Source of the DNA: a virus
IMG/VR virus record: IMGVR_UViG_3300042197_002762
Location: 32,001 to 96,000 of that record
DNA length: 64,000 bases
Direction: 5' to 3' (one strand)
In this document: piece after piece, positions 15,850-25,520 of the stretch
How positions within the stretch are numbered: the first letter of the stretch is position 1
How the letters are laid out: every line of letters starts with the position of its first letter
Position numbers and translations under genes: made by a program
The notes under the pieces: model-generated
What the model was told of the DNA's origin: nothing
Database searches by the model: none
What the model saw: the letters and a program-made list of their open reading frames with translations, nothing else

Positions 15850-17754
15850 ATGGCACGAAATATTAATAAAAATATTAAATTCCCAGAGCCGCAGGTAATT
15901 GAAGGATCTATTAAGTCAAAAGACACTATAGAAGTCAAAGCTAGTCGCGGAGAAGTGAATACATCAGTAAGAAGAAATAGAGCTTCTACAATTTCAAGAA
16001 CTGATAAGTATGCGAATATTGAAGGTGGGGTTATTCCTTTTATTTATGGTGGTGGTTATGGAAAATATACCTCAAATATAAGTATTAAAGATACTATTAT
16101 TTTGTGTCAAAAAGCTTATTACAATTTTTCTATTTTTAGAAATACTATTGATTTAATGACCGAATTTAGCTGTTCACCTATTTATTTTACTGGTGGGAAT
16201 GAACAGTCTCGTAAATTTTTCCAAGCATGGGGTGATAGAGTAAATTTGTGGAAACTACAAGACATGTTTTTTAGAGAATTTTTCCGTAGTGGTAATGTAT
16301 TTCTTTATAAATTAAATGCACAGTTTACAAAACAAGACATGCGCGTGCTTTCAGATTTAATTACTACAGAAGCCCGTGCTGGTGAAATTCCTGTTCGTTA
16401 TATTATGTTGAATCCTGCTGATATTCAAGCACTTGGATCAGCTTCATTTATTACTCCTCAATATGTTAAAGTCTTAAATGATTTTGAAATGAAAGTTTTA
16501 ACAAATCCTGATAATGAACAGGATAAACAATTAGCTGAAAAAGTTAAAAATTTAAAAGATTTAAAACAAACTGGCGGAATTACTCCAACAAATCAATATA
16601 TGATTTTTGAATTAGAGCCAGAAAGATTTGTACCCGTTTTTTATAAAAAACAAGATTATGAACCATTTAGCGTACCAATGGGCTTCCCAGTTCTCGAAGA
16701 TATTAACTGGAAGCAAGAACTTAAAAACATGGATATGGCAATCAGCCGTACCATACAGCAAGCAGTCCTGTTGGTTACAATGGGAAATGATGAAGTCGGT
16801 ATGCCTACCAAAGAACAAATAGGAACATTAAGAAAAATTTTTGAAAATGAAAGTGTAGGTCGTATTTTAGTAACTGATTATACAACAAACATTAAATTTA
16901 TTATTCCAGAAATTAGTAATATTTTAGATCCTAAAAAATATGAAGTTGTAGATCGTGACATTCGTTATGGTCTTAATAACGTTCTTTTTGGTGAAGAAAA
17001 ATATGCTAATACAAATACTAAGATAGAAGTATTTCTTTCTAGACTTAAACATGCTCGTGAAACATTCATGCATGATTTTCTTTTACCAGAAATGAAAAAA
17101 ATTGGTAAAAATCTCGGGTTTAAAAATTTGCCAGTAGCACGTTTTAAAGATGCTGATTTTAAAAATGATATGAACCTAACGAGAATTTATTCTCGTTTAA
17201 TTGAGCTTGGAGTTCTTACTCCAGAAGAAGGTGTTACAGCAATTGAAACTGGTCGCTTACCATTACCAGAGGAAAGCGTTGAATCTCAAAAAGATTTCAA
17301 AAAATTGCAAGAAGAAGGTTTATATCAACCTTTATTGAATAAAGGTCAACAACAAGCTGCTGGTCGTCCTGCTGGAACTGGAACCCCACAAACAACTAAA
17401 GCACCAAGAACTGCTCCAAGTGTTCAAGCCGCAGAAGAAAAATCAAAAATTAATGCGGATCTTGTAGCAAAAAATCTAGTTAAATTTGATAATTTGGTTG
17501 AAGCTGTTGAAAACACATTAAAAGAAAAATATAGCCGTAAAAGATTATCAAAAGAACAAAAAGATATTATTCAAACAATTGCAGAAACGATTGCCACAAA
17601 TGAAAAACCAAAAGATTGGTTAAATAAAATTAATGATTATATTAATGAACCAGTGCAATTAAATGTAAACATGGAACAAGTTAATAAGATTGCTGAAGAA
17701 TATGGGTTAGACTATAAAACAGCAATTTTACTTTATCATAGTAAAATAGAATAA
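15850..17754 (+). CDS. Portal protein
   Basis: Directly after TerL; 634 aa; FRNTIDLM, FFRSGNVFLY, PMGFPVLEDINWKQELKNMD portal-type motifs. Confidence 0.85.
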   Translation: MARNINKNIKFPEPQVIEGSIKSKDTIEVKASRGEVNTSVRRNRASTISRTDKYANIEGGVIPFIYGGGYGKYTSNISIKDTIILCQKAYYNFSIFRNTIDLMTEFSCSPIYFTGGNEQSRKFFQAWGDRVNLWKLQDMFFREFFRSGNVFLYKLNAQFTKQDMRVLSDLITTEARAGEIPVRYIMLNPADIQALGSASFITPQYVKVLNDFEMKVLTNPDNEQDKQLAEKVKNLKDLKQTGGITPTNQYMIFELEPERFVPVFYKKQDYEPFSVPMGFPVLEDINWKQELKNMDMAISRTIQQAVLLVTMGNDEVGMPTKEQIGTLRKIFENESVGRILVTDYTTNIKFIIPEISNILDPKKYEVVDRDIRYGLNNVLFGEEKYANTNTKIEVFLSRLKHARETFMHDFLLPEMKKIGKNLGFKNLPVARFKDADFKNDMNLTRIYSRLIELGVLTPEEGVTAIETGRLPLPEESVESQKDFKKLQEEGLYQPLLNKGQQQAAGRPAGTGTPQTTKAPRTAPSVQAAEEKSKINADLVAKNLVKFDNLVEAVENTLKEKYSRKRLSKEQKDIIQTIAETIATNEKPKDWLNKINDYINEPVQLNVNMEQVNKIAEEYGLDYKTAILLYHSKIE

Positions 17755-17755
17755 T

Positions 17756-18796
17756 ATGGCTAAAAGTTTAATCAGAAAAAATCAGTTGCATCCAGATGTC
17801 GGTGACTTAGTAAGTGGTTATGGATCTGGATATTTCGTCACATTTGATGACTTAGATTTTATTTTAGATAATTATCAACCGACTGTTGAGCTTACTGGTC
17901 AAAATGTTGTGTACACAACAGGCGATCAAATAATAAGTGGTCAAAAAACTTTTAATTCAAGACCTATTTTTAATGGGTCTGGTTTAGCAACTACTGGTGA
18001 ATTAGGAGGCTCAACATCTTTTAACGGTAATCGCCAGATTACTGCTAATGTAGTTGGATTTAAAGACTTAATTCCTGGTGGTAATGATGTTGTTACTTTT
18101 TTAAATAATGTTTTTTATCCTTTTATTTCAGGATCCATTACTCTAAATAGTTTCCCAATACAAGAATTAGGAAAGCCTGTAGTATCAATAAATTTTGTTG
18201 GAACAATTACTACTGGAAGTTTAAGATTAAATCAATTTACAAATGTAGAAGGTTTTGTTAATGATGTTGGTCGTTTGCCATTATTAATACCAGTTGTTCA
18301 AAATTTTAGTTGGGGTGTTACTGTTAATTTAAATAATACTTCTAATAATGTTTATATAAAGGCAACTGGAGTAAACCAAGCAGGATCTCCAATTCAAATA
18401 CAAAGTAATATTCAAAGTATTATATTTGAAGCCCCAACTTTTGCTGGTTCTGGAATAGATAATTTACAAAATAATCCAGCTAATATGAAAACTGTTCTTT
18501 CTGGACAAAATTTCCTTGGCGGTAATAATGGGAAAACAGTTATGCAGGAGCCATCTTCTTTTCAAGTTCAAGTTTATACAAATAATAGTTGGTTCTACAT
18601 TGTATATCCAAGCGGATGGGGCGCTTTATCAAGAATTGCAAACCCCCAATTGGGCGACTTTAATATTAATACAGATTTTACTCAAGGTTTTGTTACTTTG
18701 ACTTTAGATAATAATGTGACTACACACCCTTATCGTTATTATAAAAGAACTTTACCGACAACATTAACAAATTACCCTGTAATATATTACTTTTAA
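17756..18796 (+). CDS. Virion fibre/structural protein
   Basis: VYTTGDQIISGQKTF motif; beta-rich C-terminus YIVYPSGWG. Confidence 0.6.
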   Translation: MAKSLIRKNQLHPDVGDLVSGYGSGYFVTFDDLDFILDNYQPTVELTGQNVVYTTGDQIISGQKTFNSRPIFNGSGLATTGELGGSTSFNGNRQITANVVGFKDLIPGGNDVVTFLNNVFYPFISGSITLNSFPIQELGKPVVSINFVGTITTGSLRLNQFTNVEGFVNDVGRLPLLIPVVQNFSWGVTVNLNNTSNNVYIKATGVNQAGSPIQIQSNIQSIIFEAPTFAGSGIDNLQNNPANMKTVLSGQNFLGGNNGKTVMQEPSSFQVQVYTNNSWFYIVYPSGWGALSRIANPQLGDFNINTDFTQGFVTLTLDNNVTTHPYRYYKRTLPTTLTNYPVIYYF

Positions 18797-18799
18797 TTT

Positions 18800-20410
18800 A
18801 TGGCATTCCAATTAGCAACGAATTTAGAAATGGGCGCAAAAGTTCCATTAGATACTAGATCAGTAGTATCTAATATAGGAGAAAGAGATTCTATTACTCA
18901 AGTTTATCCAGGATTGACGGTTTATGTTACTGGTGAGAATAAATATTATTATTATAATACTAATAACTCCTGGGTAGAATTCGGATCTTCTCAAAATTTA
19001 AATAACCTTGTTTATGTAACTGGCGATCAAACAATTAGTGGAAATAAACAATTTTCTGGGGTTGTTATTTCTCCATTTTTAACAACTCGACTCGCAAGCG
19101 TTCCTAAATCTCCGACTTTTACACTTTTGACTGGCGCTGGTGGAACTATCACTGGAACAAGGCATGGTATTCCATTTACTACTTCTTCGCAAGATCAAGA
19201 AGCTTTGTCAAATTTTATAAATTCTCAATCATGGGTTATATCAGGTAGAAATGGTTCTGGACCTTACAATTTATTAACCCCAAATTTAATTAATACGACT
19301 GGTTTCATTGATATCCCGGTTGCTTCTGGAAATAATTTTATATATGCATTTACGACATTTAATGTAGATGATAAATTAAAAAAAATAGAAAAAAGTGGTA
19401 TTTTTGCATTACTAAGTGGAGAAAAAGTTGGCATTGGAACTATAACGCCAACAGAAAAATTACATGTTATCGGCAATTTGAAATTAGATGGAGAATTACA
19501 AGGTTCTAAAGATTTTAATTTCGAAATGCCATTACAAAATTTAGGACCACAAGTAGCTGGAGGGTTAAAATTAATTGGTGGTAATTTTACTGGTTCTCAA
19601 TATTTTGGAGAACATATTTTTATATCAGGCGGTAATGGCAATTCTATTGGGGGTCATATCGTACTTCAAGGGGGCCGTGGAGCCGTATTGTCTGGAGAAG
19701 TTGCTGGGTGGGGTGATTATTTTAGATTTAATGGTATCCCAATTATTGATCAATTTGGTAGAGTAATTGCCCCAGATGTTTTAACAAATAGAAATGACAT
19801 TATTGTAAATCGTAATATTTTTAGGATATTAAATACTGGACGTGGTAATATTTTTGGCGGGGAGATTATTCTTTCTGGTGGTTCTGCCACTGGTGCAGGA
19901 ACTCCAAATATTGGTGGTCCAATTCGATTTATAGGTGGTTCTGGCGTAGCAGGAATTAGTGGATTTTTTGAATTTAAGGGTGAATCAATTACTTTCAATG
20001 AAAATAAATTTTTAGTACAAAAAAATGGAGATATTTCGGGTAGATCTCTTTCGTGTATTGAACGACCAATCGCAAATGGAACCGGAGTTCTTTTAAGTGG
20101 TGAAGCGGTTGCGCCTTTAGTTGATATAAATAATATTACTGGTAATTTTATATTTAATAATTCATTTAATGCAAAATTGTTAACTATTAATGCGGCCCAA
20201 AATATAACTGGAACCGTACCAACAGGATTCCCTACGGGTTATAATGTATCTTTTGTACAAATGGGTAATGGTCAATTATTTATTACTGGTAGTGGCGGGG
20301 CAATAGTAAGACAACGTTTGAATTTATTTAGAACAGCTGGTCAGTATGGAATTGCTTCACTGCTTCATCATAGTGGTAATCAATTCATATTATACGGAGA
20401 TCTTATCTAA
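18800..20410 (+). CDS. Fibre protein
   Basis: PLDTRSVV N-terminal module, VYVTGDQTISGNKQF, VGIGTITPTEKLHVIG repeat, Gly-rich shaft, C-terminal ...FILYGDL module. Confidence 0.75.
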   Translation: MAFQLATNLEMGAKVPLDTRSVVSNIGERDSITQVYPGLTVYVTGENKYYYYNTNNSWVEFGSSQNLNNLVYVTGDQTISGNKQFSGVVISPFLTTRLASVPKSPTFTLLTGAGGTITGTRHGIPFTTSSQDQEALSNFINSQSWVISGRNGSGPYNLLTPNLINTTGFIDIPVASGNNFIYAFTTFNVDDKLKKIEKSGIFALLSGEKVGIGTITPTEKLHVIGNLKLDGELQGSKDFNFEMPLQNLGPQVAGGLKLIGGNFTGSQYFGEHIFISGGNGNSIGGHIVLQGGRGAVLSGEVAGWGDYFRFNGIPIIDQFGRVIAPDVLTNRNDIIVNRNIFRILNTGRGNIFGGEIILSGGSATGAGTPNIGGPIRFIGGSGVAGISGFFEFKGESITFNENKFLVQKNGDISGRSLSCIERPIANGTGVLLSGEAVAPLVDINNITGNFIFNNSFNAKLLTINAAQNITGTVPTGFPTGYNVSFVQMGNGQLFITGSGGAIVRQRLNLFRTAGQYGIASLLHHSGNQFILYGDLI

Positions 20411-21048
20411 TGTTTGGAAATTATGCAGCGCAAGCTGGTGTTATTGCTGGTAAAAATTTTGCATCAGTCAATATAGAATGGGATTTTAATAATGTATTAG
20501 TATTAGGATTTGATCCGTTCCCCTCTAATATTAATGATAGACCTAGAATTAATACCTGGAGATCTGATAGTACAAATTTAAATTATATGTCTGGTGGTCG
20601 TTATGTATTCTATCCACCTTTTTCTCCGACTGGGCAAGTTTTTGAACCGTGGGGCGATAGAAATACTGGAAGCGCGAATATTAACCTCCCATTGGCTGGT
20701 AATACATTTGCGGGGGTAGATGTTTTTATTCCTAGCGGCGTTGGCGTTACTTTTGAACCGCCAATGGGTCCCAATAGTTGGCAAAAAGTAGGAACGATTC
20801 CTAATGAAGATCAATATCAATATGTATTAAAAAATGGTACAAATCCAGCATTACGAGTATTATTAAATTATACTGGTTTAACGAGTTTCTGGGATTTTAC
20901 ATCTAATCCTGCTGGTAAAGAATTAAGCGGCTTCTCAGTTTCTTTCACAAGTCCTGGAAATAGTGGTGTTGTAATTGCTTACTGGAATGATGGAACTGCT
21001 CCGACCAAGATGACAAATGGCGCAACCTTTTCTCACACTTTTAATTAA
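20410..21048 (+). CDS. Fibre-associated protein
   Basis: Coupled to the fibre gene; C-terminal FWDF..P.GK.L..F.V...W.DG module shared with 8491..8745. Confidence 0.6.
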   Translation: MFGNYAAQAGVIAGKNFASVNIEWDFNNVLVLGFDPFPSNINDRPRINTWRSDSTNLNYMSGGRYVFYPPFSPTGQVFEPWGDRNTGSANINLPLAGNTFAGVDVFIPSGVGVTFEPPMGPNSWQKVGTIPNEDQYQYVLKNGTNPALRVLLNYTGLTSFWDFTSNPAGKELSGFSVSFTSPGNSGVVIAYWNDGTAPTKMTNGATFSHTFN

Positions 21049-21063
21049 AATTAAATTATTTAA

Positions 21064-21069
21064 GTGTAC
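21064..21069 (+). promoter_or_regulatory. RTGTAA-like element (GTGTAC) for the lysis cassette
   Basis: 9 nt before the ATG at 21079. Confidence 0.4.
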
Positions 21070-21078
21070 ATATATAAT

Positions 21079-21345
21079 ATGAAGTATTTTTTAATAATCA
21101 TATTAGCTTTTGGAACAGGCTGTGCGAGTCTTAAAAATAAAGACGTACCGCCACCATCAGTTTCTACCGCAAAAGTTGTAGAGTCTTTGGAAGAAACAAA
21201 ATCTGAGCTGGCAAAAGCTGGCGAAAGTAATACAAAAGTTGCGGCTAACATTGATAAAGCCCTTTCTTTAGCAGAAAGACTTGAAAAACTTTTGGAAGAA
21301 ATTGAAAAAGCGTCAAATAAAAATATTGTAAAGGAGCAAAAATGA
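21079..21345 (+). CDS. Lipoprotein with a coiled coil (o-spanin-like)
   Basis: MKYFLIIILAFGTG-C lipobox; heptad-rich; in the lysis cassette. Confidence 0.6.
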   Translation: MKYFLIIILAFGTGCASLKNKDVPPPSVSTAKVVESLEETKSELAKAGESNTKVAANIDKALSLAERLEKLLEEIEKASNKNIVKEQK

Positions 21346-21863
21346 AAAAATTATTATTAATATTATGCTTGTTTAGTTTTGCGACAACAGGGTTTGGTCA
21401 ATTTTGGAAACCAAAACCAAAGCCCACTCCAGTCCCAGTTCGTGTAGCAGAACCAGTTCAATCTCCAATGAATAATTTACAAGAAGCGCGCAAAATTATT
21501 AAAGAATTGAATGAGGAATTAACCGTCGCAAAATCAGAAAACGCTAAATTAAAAACAAATTTAGCTAATGCGAATAAAACAGTTGAGGAAGCAGAAAAGA
21601 ATGTTTCCATAGTGCAAAAACAAGCTGATTTACTCAAAGAATGGGGTGTTCAAAAACAACAAGAAGCTTTTGAATGGCTTGAGAAATATAATAATGCAGT
21701 TAAGCGTTATCATCGTTTAAAATGGATTGCTGCAATTATTGCTGCTGCGGGTGGCGTTTTATTAGGATTGCAATTCATGGCGTTTGCTCCACCACCATAT
21801 AATTTATTTATTCCAATCGGCGGCGCTGGATTATTCGGCGCACTAGTTTGGTTCTTTTTATAA
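21342..21863 (+). CDS. Coiled-coil membrane protein (spanin-like)
   Basis: N-terminal signal peptide, Pro-rich linker, long coiled coil, C-terminal hydrophobic hairpin. Confidence 0.5.
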   Translation: MKKLLLILCLFSFATTGFGQFWKPKPKPTPVPVRVAEPVQSPMNNLQEARKIIKELNEELTVAKSENAKLKTNLANANKTVEEAEKNVSIVQKQADLLKEWGVQKQQEAFEWLEKYNNAVKRYHRLKWIAAIIAAAGGVLLGLQFMAFAPPPYNLFIPIGGAGLFGALVWFFL

Positions 21864-21868
21864 AAATT

Positions 21869-21988
21869 ATGGATAAGATAACAGAATATTATGAAAAAAC
21901 GGTTGCTTGGATTCAAGCAAATCCTGGCAAGGCTACCTTAATTGGGATATTTGTTGCTGGCTTATTAGTTGGCGCAATATTATTTTAA
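21869..21988 (+). CDS. 39-aa tail-anchored membrane peptide
   Basis: Not in the track: MDKITEYYEKTVAWIQANPGKATLIGIFVAGLLVGAILF; its TAA overlaps the next ATG (TAATG). Confidence 0.7.
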   Translation: MDKITEYYEKTVAWIQANPGKATLIGIFVAGLLVGAILF

Positions 21989-22464
21989 TGTGGCAAAATT
22001 TAAAACATATTGCGAATAATGCGGCAGCTTTTTTAAGCTCTAGTAAAATTCCGCCTGGAACGCCCATCGAATTACAAGATTCGTTACGGAATCAAAATCA
22101 TTTTAAATCCAAAAAATTTTTCTTAGCATTTTCTTCTTTTATTGGATTGTTGGCTTTTTATTTGTTATCAGTGGGGATTTTATTTTTATTACCAAGTAAA
22201 AATGAATTGATTTCTGGTTATGTAACAATCTTTACAAAAACAATCGAGATTGTTGCAATAATAGTTGCCTCTTATATTGGCGTTCAAGCTGCTATTGATT
22301 TTAAATATGGAAGTTCTTCAAATACAAATTTAGATTCTATATTGACATCTGAGCAAAGAGAAGAAAAAATTATTGAAGAACAAACTGTAGTATACGCAGA
22401 AAAATACAAAAATGATCCATCATACGCACCACTAGATTGGGTATTTGAACAAGGGGTAGAATAA
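21988..22464 (+). CDS. Holin-like membrane protein
   Basis: Track ORF 21907..22464 trimmed to MWQNLK; two TM segments; directly upstream of the endolysin. Confidence 0.55.
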   Translation: MWQNLKHIANNAAAFLSSSKIPPGTPIELQDSLRNQNHFKSKKFFLAFSSFIGLLAFYLLSVGILFLLPSKNELISGYVTIFTKTIEIVAIIVASYIGVQAAIDFKYGSSSNTNLDSILTSEQREEKIIEEQTVVYAEKYKNDPSYAPLDWVFEQGVE

Positions 22465-22465
22465 T

Positions 22466-23161
22466 ATGAAAGTTTTACAAAAAGGTGATGTGAGTGAAGA
22501 AGTAAAACAATGGCAATTGTTTTTGCAAAGTGCTGGTTATAAAATTCCTTATGTTGATGGCGCGTTCGGTCCAGCTACAGAAAGAGAAACATTAAAATTT
22601 CAAGCTAAAAATGGTTTAAAACCAGATGGCGTTGTTGGCCCAAAAACTTGGAAATTTGTTACCACTGTTTCTAATAACACGCCGCTTTCTCAGCGTTGGC
22701 CAAAACAAGATTATACAAGTATGGTTAATTTTTATGGGCCTGTGGGGGAGAATACAACATCTTTAGAAATACCGTATCCAATGAAACTAGCTTGGGATAA
22801 GGGTACGACAATTAAAAAATTTACATGTCACCAAAAATGTGCAAAGAGTTTTTATAATGTTTTTGAAAAAGTATTAAAAACATATGGAGGTAAAGAAATT
22901 GAAAGATTAGGTTTAAATCTATTTGGCGGATGCCTCAACGTTAGAAAAATGCGCGGCGGTAATTCTTGGAGTACCCATTCTTGGTCTTGCGCGATAGATA
23001 TTGATCCCGATAGAAACCAGTTAAGATGGGGAAAAGACCGTGCAAAAATGGCACATCCTGATTTTAATAATTATTGGAAATTTGTTGAAGAAGAAGGCGG
23101 CGTTAGTTTAGGGCGTGAAAGAAATATGGATTTCCAACATTGGCAATTTGCAAGATTATAA
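22466..23161 (+). CDS. Endolysin: peptidoglycan-binding domain plus M15-type zinc peptidase
   Basis: VKQWQLFL...DGAFGPAT...FQAKNGLKPDGVVGPKTW; RKMRGG..WSTHSWSCAIDID...DFQHWQF. Confidence 0.9.
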   Translation: MKVLQKGDVSEEVKQWQLFLQSAGYKIPYVDGAFGPATERETLKFQAKNGLKPDGVVGPKTWKFVTTVSNNTPLSQRWPKQDYTSMVNFYGPVGENTTSLEIPYPMKLAWDKGTTIKKFTCHQKCAKSFYNVFEKVLKTYGGKEIERLGLNLFGGCLNVRKMRGGNSWSTHSWSCAIDIDPDRNQLRWGKDRAKMAHPDFNNYWKFVEEEGGVSLGRERNMDFQHWQFARL

Positions 23162-23180
23162 TAATAAATTATAAAATTAA

Positions 23181-23186
23181 GTGTAA
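23181..23186 (+). promoter_or_regulatory. RTGTAA putative late promoter element
   Basis: GTGTAA 18 nt before the ATG at 23205. Confidence 0.55.
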
Positions 23187-23204
23187 TTATTTTATAATAT
23201 AAAA

Positions 23205-24938
23205 ATGCCAATATACGAAGATATTCCAGTTGAAAATATTGATAAAAACATTGGGTTTGATTTATCAGATCTTCTTTTTTCATTCACTAGGCCAATTTCA
23301 TTATGCGCGATGCAAATTAATAAATGTGAAAATGATAAAATTATTGTTGGTAGCAAACTCAAAAATGTTGCCCTCTTAGAAGAACAAAGTGTAAATTTAC
23401 AAATGGATGCAATGAAAGATTTTAAATACTCAATTAAATTTGACGGAATAATTGTACAAGCGATGATTTCCTCCGATGAAGATAAATATTTAGCAGTCGC
23501 CTCAGTAGATCAATTAAAAGAATATCTTCCCAAAAATGTTGATCTTGATGTTAACCGCGATTTAATGGGCGTTGCCTTTGATGCTTTCGTTGTTAATCGT
23601 GGAAATAAAAATGGTCACATAATTAGCACTGATGTCGCGCTTGCGATGGTTGAGAATTTTATTAATAAACCATTTAATATAGAACATAATCGTAAAGTTG
23701 TGGTTGGTGTTTGTACTGGCTATGGTTTTAGCGAATTCGGTAGTAGTAAGCCATTAACTCTTGAAGAAGTAAAAGCTATGAAAGATCCTTTCAATGTAGT
23801 TCTTTCTGGCTATGTATGGAAAATTGTAAATCCAGAATTTGCTTCAGAGCTTGTTGAAAGTAGCGACCCATCTTCCAATAAATATCTTTCGGTAAGCGCA
23901 AGTTGGGAGCTTGGATTTAACGAATTTAATGTTGCTAAAGGTAATAAGAATTTAGCTGATGCAACTATTATAGAAAAAGAAGAAGAAATTGTAGAATTAA
24001 AAGATCGCCTTAAAGTCTTTGGTGGTAATGGGTATACAGAAGATGGCGAAATCGTTCTTTTAAATCTTCAAGGTAATGTTCTTCCTTTAGGTATCGGTTT
24101 TACAAATACTCCTGCCGCTGAAGTTAGCGGTGTTGTAATTTCTTACGACAAACCAAAAGACGAAGAGGCTGTAAAAGCCGTTGAGGACACCCAAGAAGAA
24201 GAAAACGTTGAATCTTCTGAAATTAAAATGAATAAAAAAAGTGTCCAAGAAGAAAATAATAATGTAAAAAATAATATGCAACTAAAAAATATTGATGATA
24301 TTACGGAAGATTCCATTAAGGAAGTTGCTGCAAGTCAAGTTCGTGAATTTATTTCGAACCGCATTGCAGACCTTGCTAAAGAATGGCAATCGAAAGTTGA
24401 AGAAAAAGAAACAGCACTTAAAGCCGCTGAAGATCAAATTGCTGAATTAAAAACCAGCCTTGAATCAATTAAAGCCGATAGTGAAAAAGTAAAAGAAGAA
24501 TTCACAAAGATTCAAGAAGACCTCAAAGCAAAAGAAATTGAAGCCAATTTCCAACGCCGCATGGCCTTGCTTGATGAAGAATTTGATCTTACTGATGAAG
24601 ATCGTAGTATCATCGCAGAAGATTTAAACGCCATTGAGAATGATGAACAATTCGAAAAATGGTATAAGAAGTTCTCTACATTCGCAGCCGCAAAGAAAAA
24701 AATGGCTAAAGCCGAAAAGAAAGAAGACTACAAAAAAGAAGAAATGAAAGACGAAGAGAAAATGAAAGAAGAAAAAGCTTCGGAAGTAGTCGCTAGCGAA
24801 CAAAAAACTGTAGAAGAAGTAATTTCGGGTGCAGAGGTAAAGGAAGAAGTTCTTCCAAACGCTTCCTCTCCTCAAGAAGTATCGTTGGTTGATAAAATCA
24901 GCGCTGCTTTCAATAAAAACAGCGTAAAAATTAAATAA
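23205..24938 (+). CDS. Prohead protease/scaffold fusion
   Basis: NKNG...NKPFNIEH and VSASWE in the N-terminal domain; Glu/Lys-rich coiled-coil C-terminus; upstream of the capsid genes. Confidence 0.75.
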   Translation: MPIYEDIPVENIDKNIGFDLSDLLFSFTRPISLCAMQINKCENDKIIVGSKLKNVALLEEQSVNLQMDAMKDFKYSIKFDGIIVQAMISSDEDKYLAVASVDQLKEYLPKNVDLDVNRDLMGVAFDAFVVNRGNKNGHIISTDVALAMVENFINKPFNIEHNRKVVVGVCTGYGFSEFGSSKPLTLEEVKAMKDPFNVVLSGYVWKIVNPEFASELVESSDPSSNKYLSVSASWELGFNEFNVAKGNKNLADATIIEKEEEIVELKDRLKVFGGNGYTEDGEIVLLNLQGNVLPLGIGFTNTPAAEVSGVVISYDKPKDEEAVKAVEDTQEEENVESSEIKMNKKSVQEENNNVKNNMQLKNIDDITEDSIKEVAASQVREFISNRIADLAKEWQSKVEEKETALKAAEDQIAELKTSLESIKADSEKVKEEFTKIQEDLKAKEIEANFQRRMALLDEEFDLTDEDRSIIAEDLNAIENDEQFEKWYKKFSTFAAAKKKMAKAEKKEDYKKEEMKDEEKMKEEKASEVVASEQKTVEEVISGAEVKEEVLPNASSPQEVSLVDKISAAFNKNSVKIK

Positions 24939-24958
24939 ATAGAAAGAAATAAAATATT

Positions 24959-25495
24959 ATGGCAAATTTAAAACCATTCAGAGACTATGATGAGCATGAT
25001 GTTATTAACCTTTTTGCTGTAAACTCAGCTTCCTTAAATAAAGGAACTGTAGTTGTAGCAAATGGTAATGGCGTTGATCTCAAAAATAATCTTAGTTTAG
25101 ATAACCTTTCTCAATACGGAAACACTCTTTCCGCACAATTCAATGTTCCTTGGACCGTTAGCGCTGCACCTTCGGGTACTGCCAAAGGCCAAATCGTTGG
25201 ATTATTGCTCAAAGACGTTCGTTCTGTAGACGAGAATGGAGAACAGTTACTTTTCAGACCACGCAAGGCCGCAGAGATGGATGTCATCGTAAGTGGTCAA
25301 GCTTGCCCAATTTTAACAAAAGGGCTTGTACTTGTGAATGGTATTGTTGGAACCCCAGGAGTTGGAAGCGGCGCTGCTGTTTCTGATGCTGGGAACGGTG
25401 ATCTTAAAGTTGTATCTTATGCAAACGCAACAGTTGGTAAATTCCTTGGTCCTAAAAATGATGAAGGATATGCCCTCTTAAAGGTAGAACTCTAA
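24959..25495 (+). CDS. Head decoration/cement protein
   Basis: Small beta-rich protein between scaffold and MCP. Confidence 0.6.
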   Translation: MANLKPFRDYDEHDVINLFAVNSASLNKGTVVVANGNGVDLKNNLSLDNLSQYGNTLSAQFNVPWTVSAAPSGTAKGQIVGLLLKDVRSVDENGEQLLFRPRKAAEMDVIVSGQACPILTKGLVLVNGIVGTPGVGSGAAVSDAGNGDLKVVSYANATVGKFLGPKNDEGYALLKVEL

Positions 25496-25520
25496 TAAAA
25501 AAAATAAAGAAATAAAAAAT

